This document shows, one piece after another, positions 26,519 to 34,183 of a DNA stretch of 64,000 nucleotides. Below the pieces are notes generated by a model. The model had not been told where the DNA came from and ran no database searches. It saw only the letters and a program-made list of their open reading frames with translations. The position numbers were made by a program, and so were the translations under genes. Positions within the stretch are counted from its first letter, which is position 1; every line of letters starts with the position of its first letter. This stretch comes from an uncultured archaeon (lineage in GTDB: Archaea; Thermoplasmatota; Penumbrarchaeia; JASLWR01): positions 64,001-128,000 of the forward strand of contig CAYFHS010000007.1 of the NCBI GenBank assembly GCA_964342815.1. Direction: 5' to 3'.

Positions 26519-26893
26519 GCCAAGCAACTTATTGGACGTTACGGGAATGCTGCCGTAGGAGATATTCTCAGTATCGTAAACCTTAGAGTTTCCTGCGGGT
26601 GTTGAAATTCGCAGCTTGACAATCCTCGACAAATCAAAGATTTGCCTGGCATGACAGGTCTCGATGAATCAGAGATACTTGATGAATCAGAGATTCATCT
26701 GTACCCTCGGGAGGTATCCCTACGGGTTCATCTGACTTGCCAAGTAGCGATGCATCCGAGGATGCATCTAATTTGCCAGGTGGTAACCTGTCAAACCGTA
26801 ACTTGACAAGCTGTTACCTGCCATAGTTCGCAGAATCACAGTCCGAAGGACCGATTCTGCTGAATCTTGTAAGAGGCAAACACGAAGTCTTGG
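26519..26893. other. Hairpin-dense intergenic element (candidate structured ncRNA or cluster of palindromic repeats)
   Basis: Perfect inverted repeats: 26681-88/26692-99, 26749-56/26761-68, 26782-87/26813-18, 26830-37/26853-60, 26652-59/26786-93, 26641-47/26874-80. 14-bp direct repeat at 26663 and 26681. Confidence 0.6.
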
Positions 26894-26983
26894 AAAGTCA
26901 CACTAACAATGAAATATGTGTAATATTATTAACGTGGATAACCATTTCTACTTTAAAATTCAATGTAGTTCCGGGTGTTAAAT

Positions 26984-27760
26984 ATGTCCGATCATAATTA
27001 CTACGCTGGTATTGACGTCGGTACATCTTACGTCAAGATGGTCTTATTGGACAGAGACAATCGAATTATCGCTTCTCATATCGAGCGCTCCGGGGCGGTT
27101 CTTCAAAGATCCATCAAATCGGCTTATGACGGGGTTCTTTCCGTTTCAGGACTTCTTGAGGACCAAATTACTCATATCACGGCCACTGGATTCGGCCGAA
27201 AGAATGTGAATTTCGCAGACAGCATAAAGACGGAGATAAGCTGCCACGCCAGGGGTGCTTATTACCGTTTCGGTGAAGCCATCACGGTCATTGATATCGG
27301 TGGGCAGGATACAAAAATAATCAAAGTCGCCAAGAACGGCAAATTGCTTAATTTCAAGATGAACAGAAAATGCGCAGCCGGTACGGGTTCGTTTCTCGAA
27401 GAGATCGCTCTGAAAATGAATATCCCAATGGAGGAAATGAACGACCTGGCTGCCAGCTCTGATAATACAACGGCACTTGGGAGCTTCTGCACTGTCTTTG
27501 CCTCTTCTGAGATGCTCACGCGCATTCAGAATGGAGAACGGGTGGAGGATATGGCAAAAAGCGCCTATGAATCTGTGGTAAGACGTGTGATTGAGATGGA
27601 CGTTTTTCATGGAAAGTTGGTTATAAGCGGCGGCGTGGTCAAACACAATCGGGTTATCGTCGATATACTGGAAAGACAGCTCGGGAAGGAAATCTCAATC
27701 GCTCCCAGTCCGCAGCTTACAGGGGCATTCGGAGCAGCACTTTTTGCAGGTGAAAACTGA
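26984..27760 (+). CDS. ATP-dependent [4Fe-4S] activator of 2-hydroxyacyl-CoA dehydratase (HadI/HgdC; BadF/BadG/BcrA/BcrD family)
   Basis: GIDVGTS, ITATGFGR, EISCHARGA, VIDIGGQDTK, MNRKCAAGTG, FCTVFA, GAFGAAL. Confidence 0.9.
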   Translation: MSDHNYYAGIDVGTSYVKMVLLDRDNRIIASHIERSGAVLQRSIKSAYDGVLSVSGLLEDQITHITATGFGRKNVNFADSIKTEISCHARGAYYRFGEAITVIDIGGQDTKIIKVAKNGKLLNFKMNRKCAAGTGSFLEEIALKMNIPMEEMNDLAASSDNTTALGSFCTVFASSEMLTRIQNGERVEDMAKSAYESVVRRVIEMDVFHGKLVISGGVVKHNRVIVDILERQLGKEISIAPSPQLTGAFGAALFAGEN

Positions 27761-27861
27761 TAATTTATATTCGTAGAGCTATCAAAATTAACAAATAGGA
27801 TTAAGTAGGATATATCCTCTCTACCTTACTGGTACATATTCCATTTAATCAGGAGAATACT

Positions 27862-28914
27862 ATGGCGTATGCAAACTTCCAAATTGAGATGTTACTCATC
27901 GTATTCGCGATCGCTTTTCTTCCATCAATTATACTGGTGATCATACTCAGATTCACCGAGAAATATGAAAGGGAACCTTGGGGTGCAGTATGGACCGCCT
28001 TTCTGTGGGGTGCCACCGCAACCGTTGTAATACTTATCCTTGCCAGGGGATATTTTCTGATCTATATGAGGGATAATTATCCCGAGATAGCATCGGATAA
28101 ATATAAGATGGGCCTCTATGTCAGTTGCTTATTGACCCCCATTGTGGCCACCCTCGTAAAGCTGCTGGGTCTCTTTTTCGTAAGGGATGAGTTGGATGAG
28201 GCCGAGGACGGTCTGATATACGGTGGTGTGGTGGGATTGGGTTTTGCCGCCACCGAGATGGGGTTATACGGTTTTTTCGTCTATACCAGTTACGGTATGG
28301 AGGTGTTCGTCAATTCTGTGTTGCTGAGAACCGTATCCGTCGTCATCCTGCAGGCATCGGTTGGTGCCATTGCCGGATACGGCGTAACGAGAGCGGTGGC
28401 AAAGAAGCACAAGAAAGGTTCGCTTTGGCTTTCACCACTTTTCTTCATAGTTGCAGTTGTAGCTCACAGTGCATTTAACTATCTTGCGGGTGCCACTGTA
28501 GTCGATACAGAAAACAAGATACCCTATGCTTATGCACTGGGATTCGCTATCGCTATCTCGGCCGTAACCTGGTTCATAATATGGATCAAGATTATCCGAT
28601 TGGACCGTATGGATTCCAAGAAAAATCAGGAGAAAAATAAACCGAAAGATTTCTCATCAGGAGAGAGCGGGGGCGGTAGTTCCTTTCAGGATGATTTCGA
28701 TATGGGATTTGGCCCGGGTTTCCAGCCTCCGGGGGATTACGACGACGGTTACTACGACGAAGGCTATGATGACGATTATGATGACGATTATGATGGCGAT
28801 TATGATGGCGATTATGATGGCGATTATGATGGCGATTATGATGGCGATTACGACGACGATTATTACGACGAGGGATATGACGACGAATACGACGACGAGT
28901 ATTATGATAGTTAA
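27862..28914 (+). CDS. PrsW-family intramembrane metalloprotease homologue, apparently lacking catalytic residues, with an Asp/Tyr-rich repeat tail
   Basis: EKYEREPW, DELDEAEDGLIYG..VGLGFAATE, HSAFN. The EExxK position reads ATLVK and the motif-3 His reads Gln. Confidence 0.8.
   Translation: MAYANFQIEMLLIVFAIAFLPSIILVIILRFTEKYEREPWGAVWTAFLWGATATVVILILARGYFLIYMRDNYPEIASDKYKMGLYVSCLLTPIVATLVKLLGLFFVRDELDEAEDGLIYGGVVGLGFAATEMGLYGFFVYTSYGMEVFVNSVLLRTVSVVILQASVGAIAGYGVTRAVAKKHKKGSLWLSPLFFIVAVVAHSAFNYLAGATVVDTENKIPYAYALGFAIAISAVTWFIIWIKIIRLDRMDSKKNQEKNKPKDFSSGESGGGSSFQDDFDMGFGPGFQPPGDYDDGYYDEGYDDDYDDDYDGDYDGDYDGDYDGDYDGDYDDDYYDEGYDDEYDDEYYDS
28765..28860 (+). repeat. 12-bp tandem repeat encoding YD(G/D)D
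   Basis: TATGATGACGAT x2, then TATGATGGCGAT x5 perfect copies (28789-28848), then TACGACGACGAT. Confidence 0.95.
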
Positions 28915-28988
28915 TAATTCCTTTTTCAGCTCAGCCGGACTTCTCGTTTATCCCTGATCTTTTTATTAAGACACGCCCAAATATCGTA

Positions 28989-29492
28989 TCATGCTTCATT
29001 GAATATTCTATAAGTCTCTTCGTCGAAGAGGCATATAATAACATTCTCGATACTTCTGCACTCAAAAGAATTTATGGTGTTCTTTGCAATTACTGCGGCC
29101 TTATCTTTCGGGTAACCGTATATCCCGCAGGAGATGGCTGGAAAGGCGATAGACCTGAGTTTATTCTCTTCTGCTAAGGTCAAACTCTCCGCAAAACAGC
29201 TTGTCAGAAGTTCCGATCGATCTTCCCCTCTTCTGTAAACCGGCCCAACGGTGTGTATCACATGCTTAGCCGAAAGATTATATCCTCCGGTTATGACCGC
29301 TTTCCCAGTGGGGAGTCCTTCCGGATATTTCGTACGCCTTATCTCCTTACACTCCTCAAGCAATCTTGGACCGGCTCTGCGATGTATAGCCCCGTCAACT
29401 CCTCCTCCGCCCATTAAGCCGGAATTTGCAGCATTCACGATGGCATCTACCACCAATTGCGTTATATCTCCTCTGATAATTTCCAGTTTCAT
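28989..29492 (-). CDS. Macro-domain protein (O-acetyl-ADP-ribose deacetylase, YmdB-like)
   Basis: GDIT..VDAIVNAAN..LMGGGGVDGAIH, VIHTVGP, SIAFPAISCGIYGYP. Probable ATG at 29492. Confidence 0.92.
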   Translation of the reverse strand: MKLEIIRGDITQLVVDAIVNAANSGLMGGGGVDGAIHRRAGPRLLEECKEIRRTKYPEGLPTGKAVITGGYNLSAKHVIHTVGPVYRRGEDRSELLTSCFAESLTLAEENKLRSIAFPAISCGIYGYPKDKAAVIAKNTINSFECRSIENVIICLFDEETYRIFNEA

Positions 29493-29528
29493 CGGGTTCC
29501 ACCTGTTTAGTGCTGTCCGCAAACTCTT

Positions 29529-31436
29529 CTAGCCCCGGAAGGTCACGCGTTTCGATATATATTTCGGTAATGGAAGAGGCTTATAGGGCATTCCACCCTG
29601 CTCCACCAGTAATAAACGTTTGAAGTCCATAAGAGAGATTGTTCTTTGCTCTTTGGACCTACGGATACGCACTGTCAATTCACCCGAGCTTTGCTCCTTG
29701 TCGCCAATGACTAGAATGAAAGGTATCCATTCCTTCTCGGCAAACCTGATACTCTTTCCCACAGTCCTTCCCGTGTCATCCACATCTACCCTAACTCCGG
29801 GTAATTCACCCAAAATTTTCTCACAATACTCCAGATGCCCCTCAGAAACCGGTATCAATCTTACCTGGGTGGGGGAGAGCCAGTAAGGAAGCATGATCTT
29901 ATTTCCCTTCATGGAATCCATATGGGCTTTTTCCAGCAGTGCAAATATAACCCTTTCGATAGCCCCGGAGGGGGACATGTGCATTATCAGAGGATTTTTT
30001 TTAGTGCCGTCCTCATCTGTGAAGGTGATATCGTACCTCTTACCGTTCTCCACATCGATCTGATCCGTGTTCAAGGCCGATGCCTTGTCCTGGTTGTCAA
30101 CGAAGTTCCATTCGTACTTCATCACGAAATAGAAGAAGCGGTCGTTCCACATCTCAACCATGGCCGGTCTCCCCCATGCCCGTACCATATCGTGTAAAAA
30201 CTCCTTATTGTTGTCATAAAAATCTCTTGTTACCCTAATCGCGAACTCAAGACCTTCGGGAAGTTCAAATCCGATATCGGAGAGAATCCTTCGGCACAGT
30301 TCGAACCTGACCATCATCTCCTTCTTGGCCTGTTGAATATCGGCGCAGAACGCATGGCAGTCAGGCATGGTGAATGCTCTCAAACGCCTGAGACCGGTCA
30401 GCTCCCCTCGCTGCTCTACACGGAAAGAATAGCGCGTCATCTCATACAGTTTTAGGGGGAGCTGTTTGTAACTGAAAGTGGCGTCATGCAGCATCAGGAA
30501 CTGGCCAAAACAGGCTGCAAAGCGCAGGAAAACTTCCTTGTCGGGAGATTTGATCTTGTACTGCCTCGCCGGGAAGCGTTCCACGTATTCTTTCAGGGAC
30601 GGATGTTTGAAATCATACATCAAAGGCGATTCGATCTCCATCCCGCCATATTCGATCACCTTTTTCGTTACGTATTCTTCGAGAAGTGACTTGATGAACC
30701 TACCCTTGGGATAGAAACGAATATTTCCCGGGTCCGAGCCCGGTTCGTAGTCCGCGATCTCCAGTTTTTGCATCAGACTGACATGTGGAGGTTCTTTCTT
30801 TCCGATCCGTGATTTATTGATTTCGTAACGGGCAAATTTCCGCAAGTTCTCGTTACCCTTGAAATCATATCCCTTGACGGCGCTTTCCTGCGATGAGATC
30901 TCTCGTAATTCCCCCTTGGTATCAAGAATATACCAGTAGGACTTTGCTTCCTTTTCCGCACGTAAAGCCTGGGAAAGTTTTTCCTTTTTTCCCTTCAGTC
31001 CCTCTCCCGTAATGCTGATCTGTCGTGAAAGCTCGGACAAGGGATGCCCCTTGCAAGATATCTTAAACGATTTGTACCATCCAAAGGGCGCTCGCAACAA
31101 TTTGAAGTAACCTTGAGATAACTCTTCATATAGCGCCTTTTCCACTTTAACGGCCTCGGAGGGAGGGGCTAGATCGGAGGACAGGTGGGCATATGGATAC
31201 AGGAATATTGTATTCGTGCCCACTTTCTCGGCAGCATCGAGTATTGTTTCCGCTGCTTCTTCAACGACCTCATCGATATAATCTGCGTCTCCTTTCTCCA
31301 CGGCGTTGAAAGCAACAAGAACGTCGTCATCCCATTTCTGGTGCTTCAGGGATTCATCTATCTTCTCCGCTATGTTCTTGATGGCCTTGGTGGTTTCGTA
31401 TTCCATATAGTCCGAATGTATGAGCAATAGTCGCAT
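29529..31436 (-). CDS. thrS: Threonyl-tRNA synthetase, archaeal type with N-terminal editing domain
   Basis: MRLLLIHSD, LYPYAHLS, RAPFGWYK, LRFAACFG, RRLRAFTMPDCH, HMSPSGAIER, anticodon-binding domain. Confidence 0.97.
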   Translation of the reverse strand: MRLLLIHSDYMEYETTKAIKNIAEKIDESLKHQKWDDDVLVAFNAVEKGDADYIDEVVEEAAETILDAAEKVGTNTIFLYPYAHLSSDLAPPSEAVKVEKALYEELSQGYFKLLRAPFGWYKSFKISCKGHPLSELSRQISITGEGLKGKKEKLSQALRAEKEAKSYWYILDTKGELREISSQESAVKGYDFKGNENLRKFARYEINKSRIGKKEPPHVSLMQKLEIADYEPGSDPGNIRFYPKGRFIKSLLEEYVTKKVIEYGGMEIESPLMYDFKHPSLKEYVERFPARQYKIKSPDKEVFLRFAACFGQFLMLHDATFSYKQLPLKLYEMTRYSFRVEQRGELTGLRRLRAFTMPDCHAFCADIQQAKKEMMVRFELCRRILSDIGFELPEGLEFAIRVTRDFYDNNKEFLHDMVRAWGRPAMVEMWNDRFFYFVMKYEWNFVDNQDKASALNTDQIDVENGKRYDITFTDEDGTKKNPLIMHMSPSGAIERVIFALLEKAHMDSMKGNKIMLPYWLSPTQVRLIPVSEGHLEYCEKILGELPGVRVDVDDTGRTVGKSIRFAEKEWIPFILVIGDKEQSSGELTVRIRRSKEQRTISLMDFKRLLLVEQGGMPYKPLPLPKYISKRVTFRG

Positions 31437-31729
31437 GTTCTCACAATTTCCTGTAGGTAAATGTTCTTGATTCTCAAGGACGGAATGAATTGTAAATCTG
31501 TCTTGTTTAAAAATACATTGCGGTGTTAATACTTTATGAAGATAATTGTATTATTAAAATTTATTCGAGGATCATATCTGAGATTTAAAGCGTAATAAGG
31601 CTCGATTTTTTGCACTCAATAAGTATCAAAATTTTGTTAAGGGTAAAAACACATAAAAAGGTATATATAAGCAAATATGTTGTGCGAGTAATATTACTTT
31701 TTTTAAAAAAAAATATGAATGGTGATAGA

Positions 31730-32575
31730 ATGGTAGAATGTCTGGAATGCGGTTTTGAAAACGAGGGCGATGGTGATTCATGTACTGATTGTGGAGCTAC
31801 GTTGGATCTTATAGATTGTCCCGATTGTGGCGCAAAGAACGAGGCGGACTCGAGGTTCTGTGAGAAATGTGGTAGCGAGATCGAAGTTGCCGATGATTTC
31901 ATAGAAGAAAAAGAAGAACCCGCGCCCCCGGTGAAAGAAAAACCCAAACCCAAGGATAAGAAAGCACCTCCGAAGAAGGAGAAACCGGCCCCAAAAGAGA
32001 AGCCGGTAGGTGAGAAGGTCGTTGTGGTAAAGATGATCTTTGCCCAGAATGATGCAACCAAGCTCGCGAACAAAAACCTGAAGGATGACGGTAAAAAGCT
32101 ATTCTCTAAGAAGATCGAGGTGGTTGAAGCGGCATTACTGAAATACTTGCCATTGATACAGGCATCCTTCGATGTTGAGAAAAAGAAACTCTTTGGACTC
32201 GGAGGTAAGGAAAAAGGAGCCGAAAGCCTCTATTTCCACGGTATGACAGGTAAGCTGTTACAGGTAACCGACAAATTGAACTTCAGCGATATTACCCAGG
32301 CCAAGGCTGAAAACATAAAGGATTTTGATGGGGTGGCCCAATTCGAAACTCTCGCGAAGAAAATGCTTCCCAAGGGAACGGAGAAACCTAAGATCGGCGA
32401 GAAGTATATCCAGAAGAAATTGAGAAAATTGTTCGGTGCGACCCTGAAGAAGACCAGTATGGTGTATTTACCCATTTTCAAATTCAAGATCACCAACACA
32501 AAGACGAAAAAAGCCAGGGTACTCTACGTTGATTCCGTTTTCGGTATACCCACCGATAAAAATCCCTTCAAATAA
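31730..32575 (+). CDS. Double zinc-ribbon protein with Pro/Lys-rich linker and C-terminal domain of unknown function
   Basis: CLECG...CTDCG, CPDCG...CEKCG. ATG 31730 preceded by GGTGA (ORF track extends to 31610). Confidence 0.75.
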   Translation: MVECLECGFENEGDGDSCTDCGATLDLIDCPDCGAKNEADSRFCEKCGSEIEVADDFIEEKEEPAPPVKEKPKPKDKKAPPKKEKPAPKEKPVGEKVVVVKMIFAQNDATKLANKNLKDDGKKLFSKKIEVVEAALLKYLPLIQASFDVEKKKLFGLGGKEKGAESLYFHGMTGKLLQVTDKLNFSDITQAKAENIKDFDGVAQFETLAKKMLPKGTEKPKIGEKYIQKKLRKLFGATLKKTSMVYLPIFKFKITNTKTKKARVLYVDSVFGIPTDKNPFK

Positions 32576-32639
32576 GCCCTGATAGCTCAGTGAAAGGATA
32601 AACATATCCAATACTTCAGAATGAGAAAGGTGACCAATA

Positions 32640-32798
32640 ATGAATCGTATCGCAAGAATCGAGATGGTCTCTGCCATCCTAACAGCCTCCCACGTTATGA
32701 ATACCTCGAAGACCGAGGAAAATTTTCACGAGATCATCAATCTTTATACAAAGTACTACACGGAATTGAACCGTATACTTCCCAAAGAAAAGAGATGA
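32640..32798 (+). CDS. Small hypothetical protein (52 aa), below the ORF-track cutoff
   Basis: AGGTGA RBS upstream of ATG; translation MNRIARIEMVSAILTASHVMNTSKTEENFHEIINLYTKYYTELNRILPKEKR. Confidence 0.5.
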   Translation: MNRIARIEMVSAILTASHVMNTSKTEENFHEIINLYTKYYTELNRILPKEKR

Positions 32799-32829
32799 AA
32801 ACGTTTTTTCCCCGTTTTCATCCTATTTT

Positions 32830-33309
32830 TTAATCTAATTTGTCTTCTTCCATACAGGAGCTACAGCCGATCTTCTCACCCGTTTCGAGATAATGCTTGA
32901 AATGTTCCATCCACTTTGGATCTCGTGGGGAATCTCCGACAAATTCCACGAATTTCTCCAATCTCTGCATGGTAATCCCGCTGACGTGATGTTCGATCTG
33001 ACAGGCATCGATCTCCGCCAGTTCCCGGTCAACTCCCAGGATCTCAAGAAAATCTGCGATTACCCTGTGCCGTTCCATCAATTCTTGTGCTTTCTTCTTG
33101 CCTGAGGAAGTGAGATTGGCGCCGATGAAGGGTTTGTATTTCACAAACCCGGATTTTTGCAGTTTTCTAAGCATCTCTGTCACGGATGGCGGTTTCACTC
33201 CCATAACATCTGCGATCTTCCCGGTATGGGCGGCTCCCTCTTTTTTTTCGAGAACGAAAATCGTTTCGACGTATTCTTCCACTGTTTTTCGTCTCATTTT
33301 AATTCCCAC
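32830..33309 (-). CDS. DtxR/MntR-family metal-dependent repressor
   Basis: EEYVETIF, IADVMGVKPPSVTEML, RHRVIADFL, DACQIEHHVS. Confidence 0.93.
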   Translation of the reverse strand: MGIKMRRKTVEEYVETIFVLEKKEGAAHTGKIADVMGVKPPSVTEMLRKLQKSGFVKYKPFIGANLTSSGKKKAQELMERHRVIADFLEILGVDRELAEIDACQIEHHVSGITMQRLEKFVEFVGDSPRDPKWMEHFKHYLETGEKIGCSSCMEEDKLD

Positions 33310-33381
33310 CTTCTTATATTTTTATGAGAAATTATTAATCTCCTAGATATGATTCATCATTATTGGTTACCTATCCGTTTA

Positions 33382-34020
33382 TCATATGATACGAACATAG
33401 ATATCGTTCGCAATATTAGTATCTACAGCAATCTGAGTTTGTCCTATCTGAAACACATGGGAAGGGTGTCTTTGAATTATCTCAACAGTCATGCCGGGCA
33501 ACAAACCCATTGCCAGGAGTTTCTGCAGATTTTTATGATTCTTGGTCAGAATGTAGACAATTTTCCCGTGTTGCCCCTTTTTCAATTCTGAAAGTGATGA
33601 TACAATCCTTTCGGCGATCTTCTTTCTTTCCCTACAACATTTACCTTGTGGCATAGATTTACCGTGGGGACATATTTTTGGGTGACCCAATAAGGTACAT
33701 ATGCTCTCCTCAACGCCTTCAGAGATAATATGCTCAAATTTGCATGCAGCGGATTCCATCTCATCCTCGCCAACACCTAAAACGTCGTGGAGCAACCTTT
33801 CTGCAAGACGATGTCTGCGAATTATTTTTCTACTTTCATTACGACCCTTTGGCGTTAATCTCACCCTGTTACCTGATTTCGTTATGCATCTCGTCCTTGC
33901 CAGTTCATTGATAACGGCGATCGTACCAAGTTTCTTTCCGTCGACGAATCCTTTTTTACCCTCGACGATCTCCAACCACAGTTTTTCTAACATTTCCTGG
34001 GCCGCTTCACTTATGTTCAC
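33382..34020 (-). CDS. DtxR-family repressor with C-terminal FeoA/SH3-like domain
   Basis: RRHRLAERLL, ACKFEHIIS, CPHG..MP, LLAMGLLPG..VEI. GTG start. Confidence 0.92.
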   Translation of the reverse strand: MNISEAAQEMLEKLWLEIVEGKKGFVDGKKLGTIAVINELARTRCITKSGNRVRLTPKGRNESRKIIRRHRLAERLLHDVLGVGEDEMESAACKFEHIISEGVEESICTLLGHPKICPHGKSMPQGKCCRERKKIAERIVSSLSELKKGQHGKIVYILTKNHKNLQKLLAMGLLPGMTVEIIQRHPSHVFQIGQTQIAVDTNIANDIYVRII

Positions 34021-34183
34021 GTTGAAACCTCCTTCTCAGAAATTTAATCAATTTCGGTTCGGGTAAAATCTCATATCCGCAGTTCGGACACTTGGACATA
34101 TCACACTTTTTTATAGGGCATCCCCTACAGGCGTCCTCCGCTTCATTTTCATTGAACTCGAATCCACAAAATGTACATTTCAT
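34007..34183 (-). CDS. Small Cys-rich protein (58 aa) coupled to feoB; FeoC-like position
   Basis: MKCTFCGFEFNENEAEDACRGCPIKKCDMSKCPNCGYEILPEPKLIKFLRRRFQREHK. The ATG overlaps the feoB TGA (ATGA). Confidence 0.8.
   Translation of the reverse strand: MKCTFCGFEFNENEAEDACRGCPIKKCDMSKCPNCGYEILPEPKLIKFLRRRFQREHK

Noticed and set aside
26519-26900. Group I intron, RNase P RNA, SRP RNA or a known riboswitch for the hairpin-dense element
   Set aside because: Fragments resemble known motifs (CTGCGGG/TTCGCAG as P4, GTTCATCTGACT as R, GGAAAGTC as RNase P CR-I, ACCTGCC as a cobalamin 3' end). They are not in a consistent order, and there is no interrupted exon, RNase P CR-V or SRP helix-8 motif.
16015-27760. 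Firm call of a complete anaerobic benzoate/4-hydroxybenzoate degradation pathway
   Set aside because: The HcrB [4Fe-4S] insertion, a second reductase/dehydratase subunit, a second activator subunit and the ring-opening enzymes are not seen here, so it is kept only as a hypothesis.
31610-31729. N-terminal extension of the double zinc-ribbon ORF given by the ORF track
   Set aside because: It spans AT-rich promoter-like DNA; a GGTGA RBS points to ATG 31730 as the real start.
32576-32591. tRNA-like 5' fragment GCCCTGATAGCTCAGT
   Set aside because: No anticodon arm, T-loop or complementary acceptor strand follows; 16 nt is compatible with chance.
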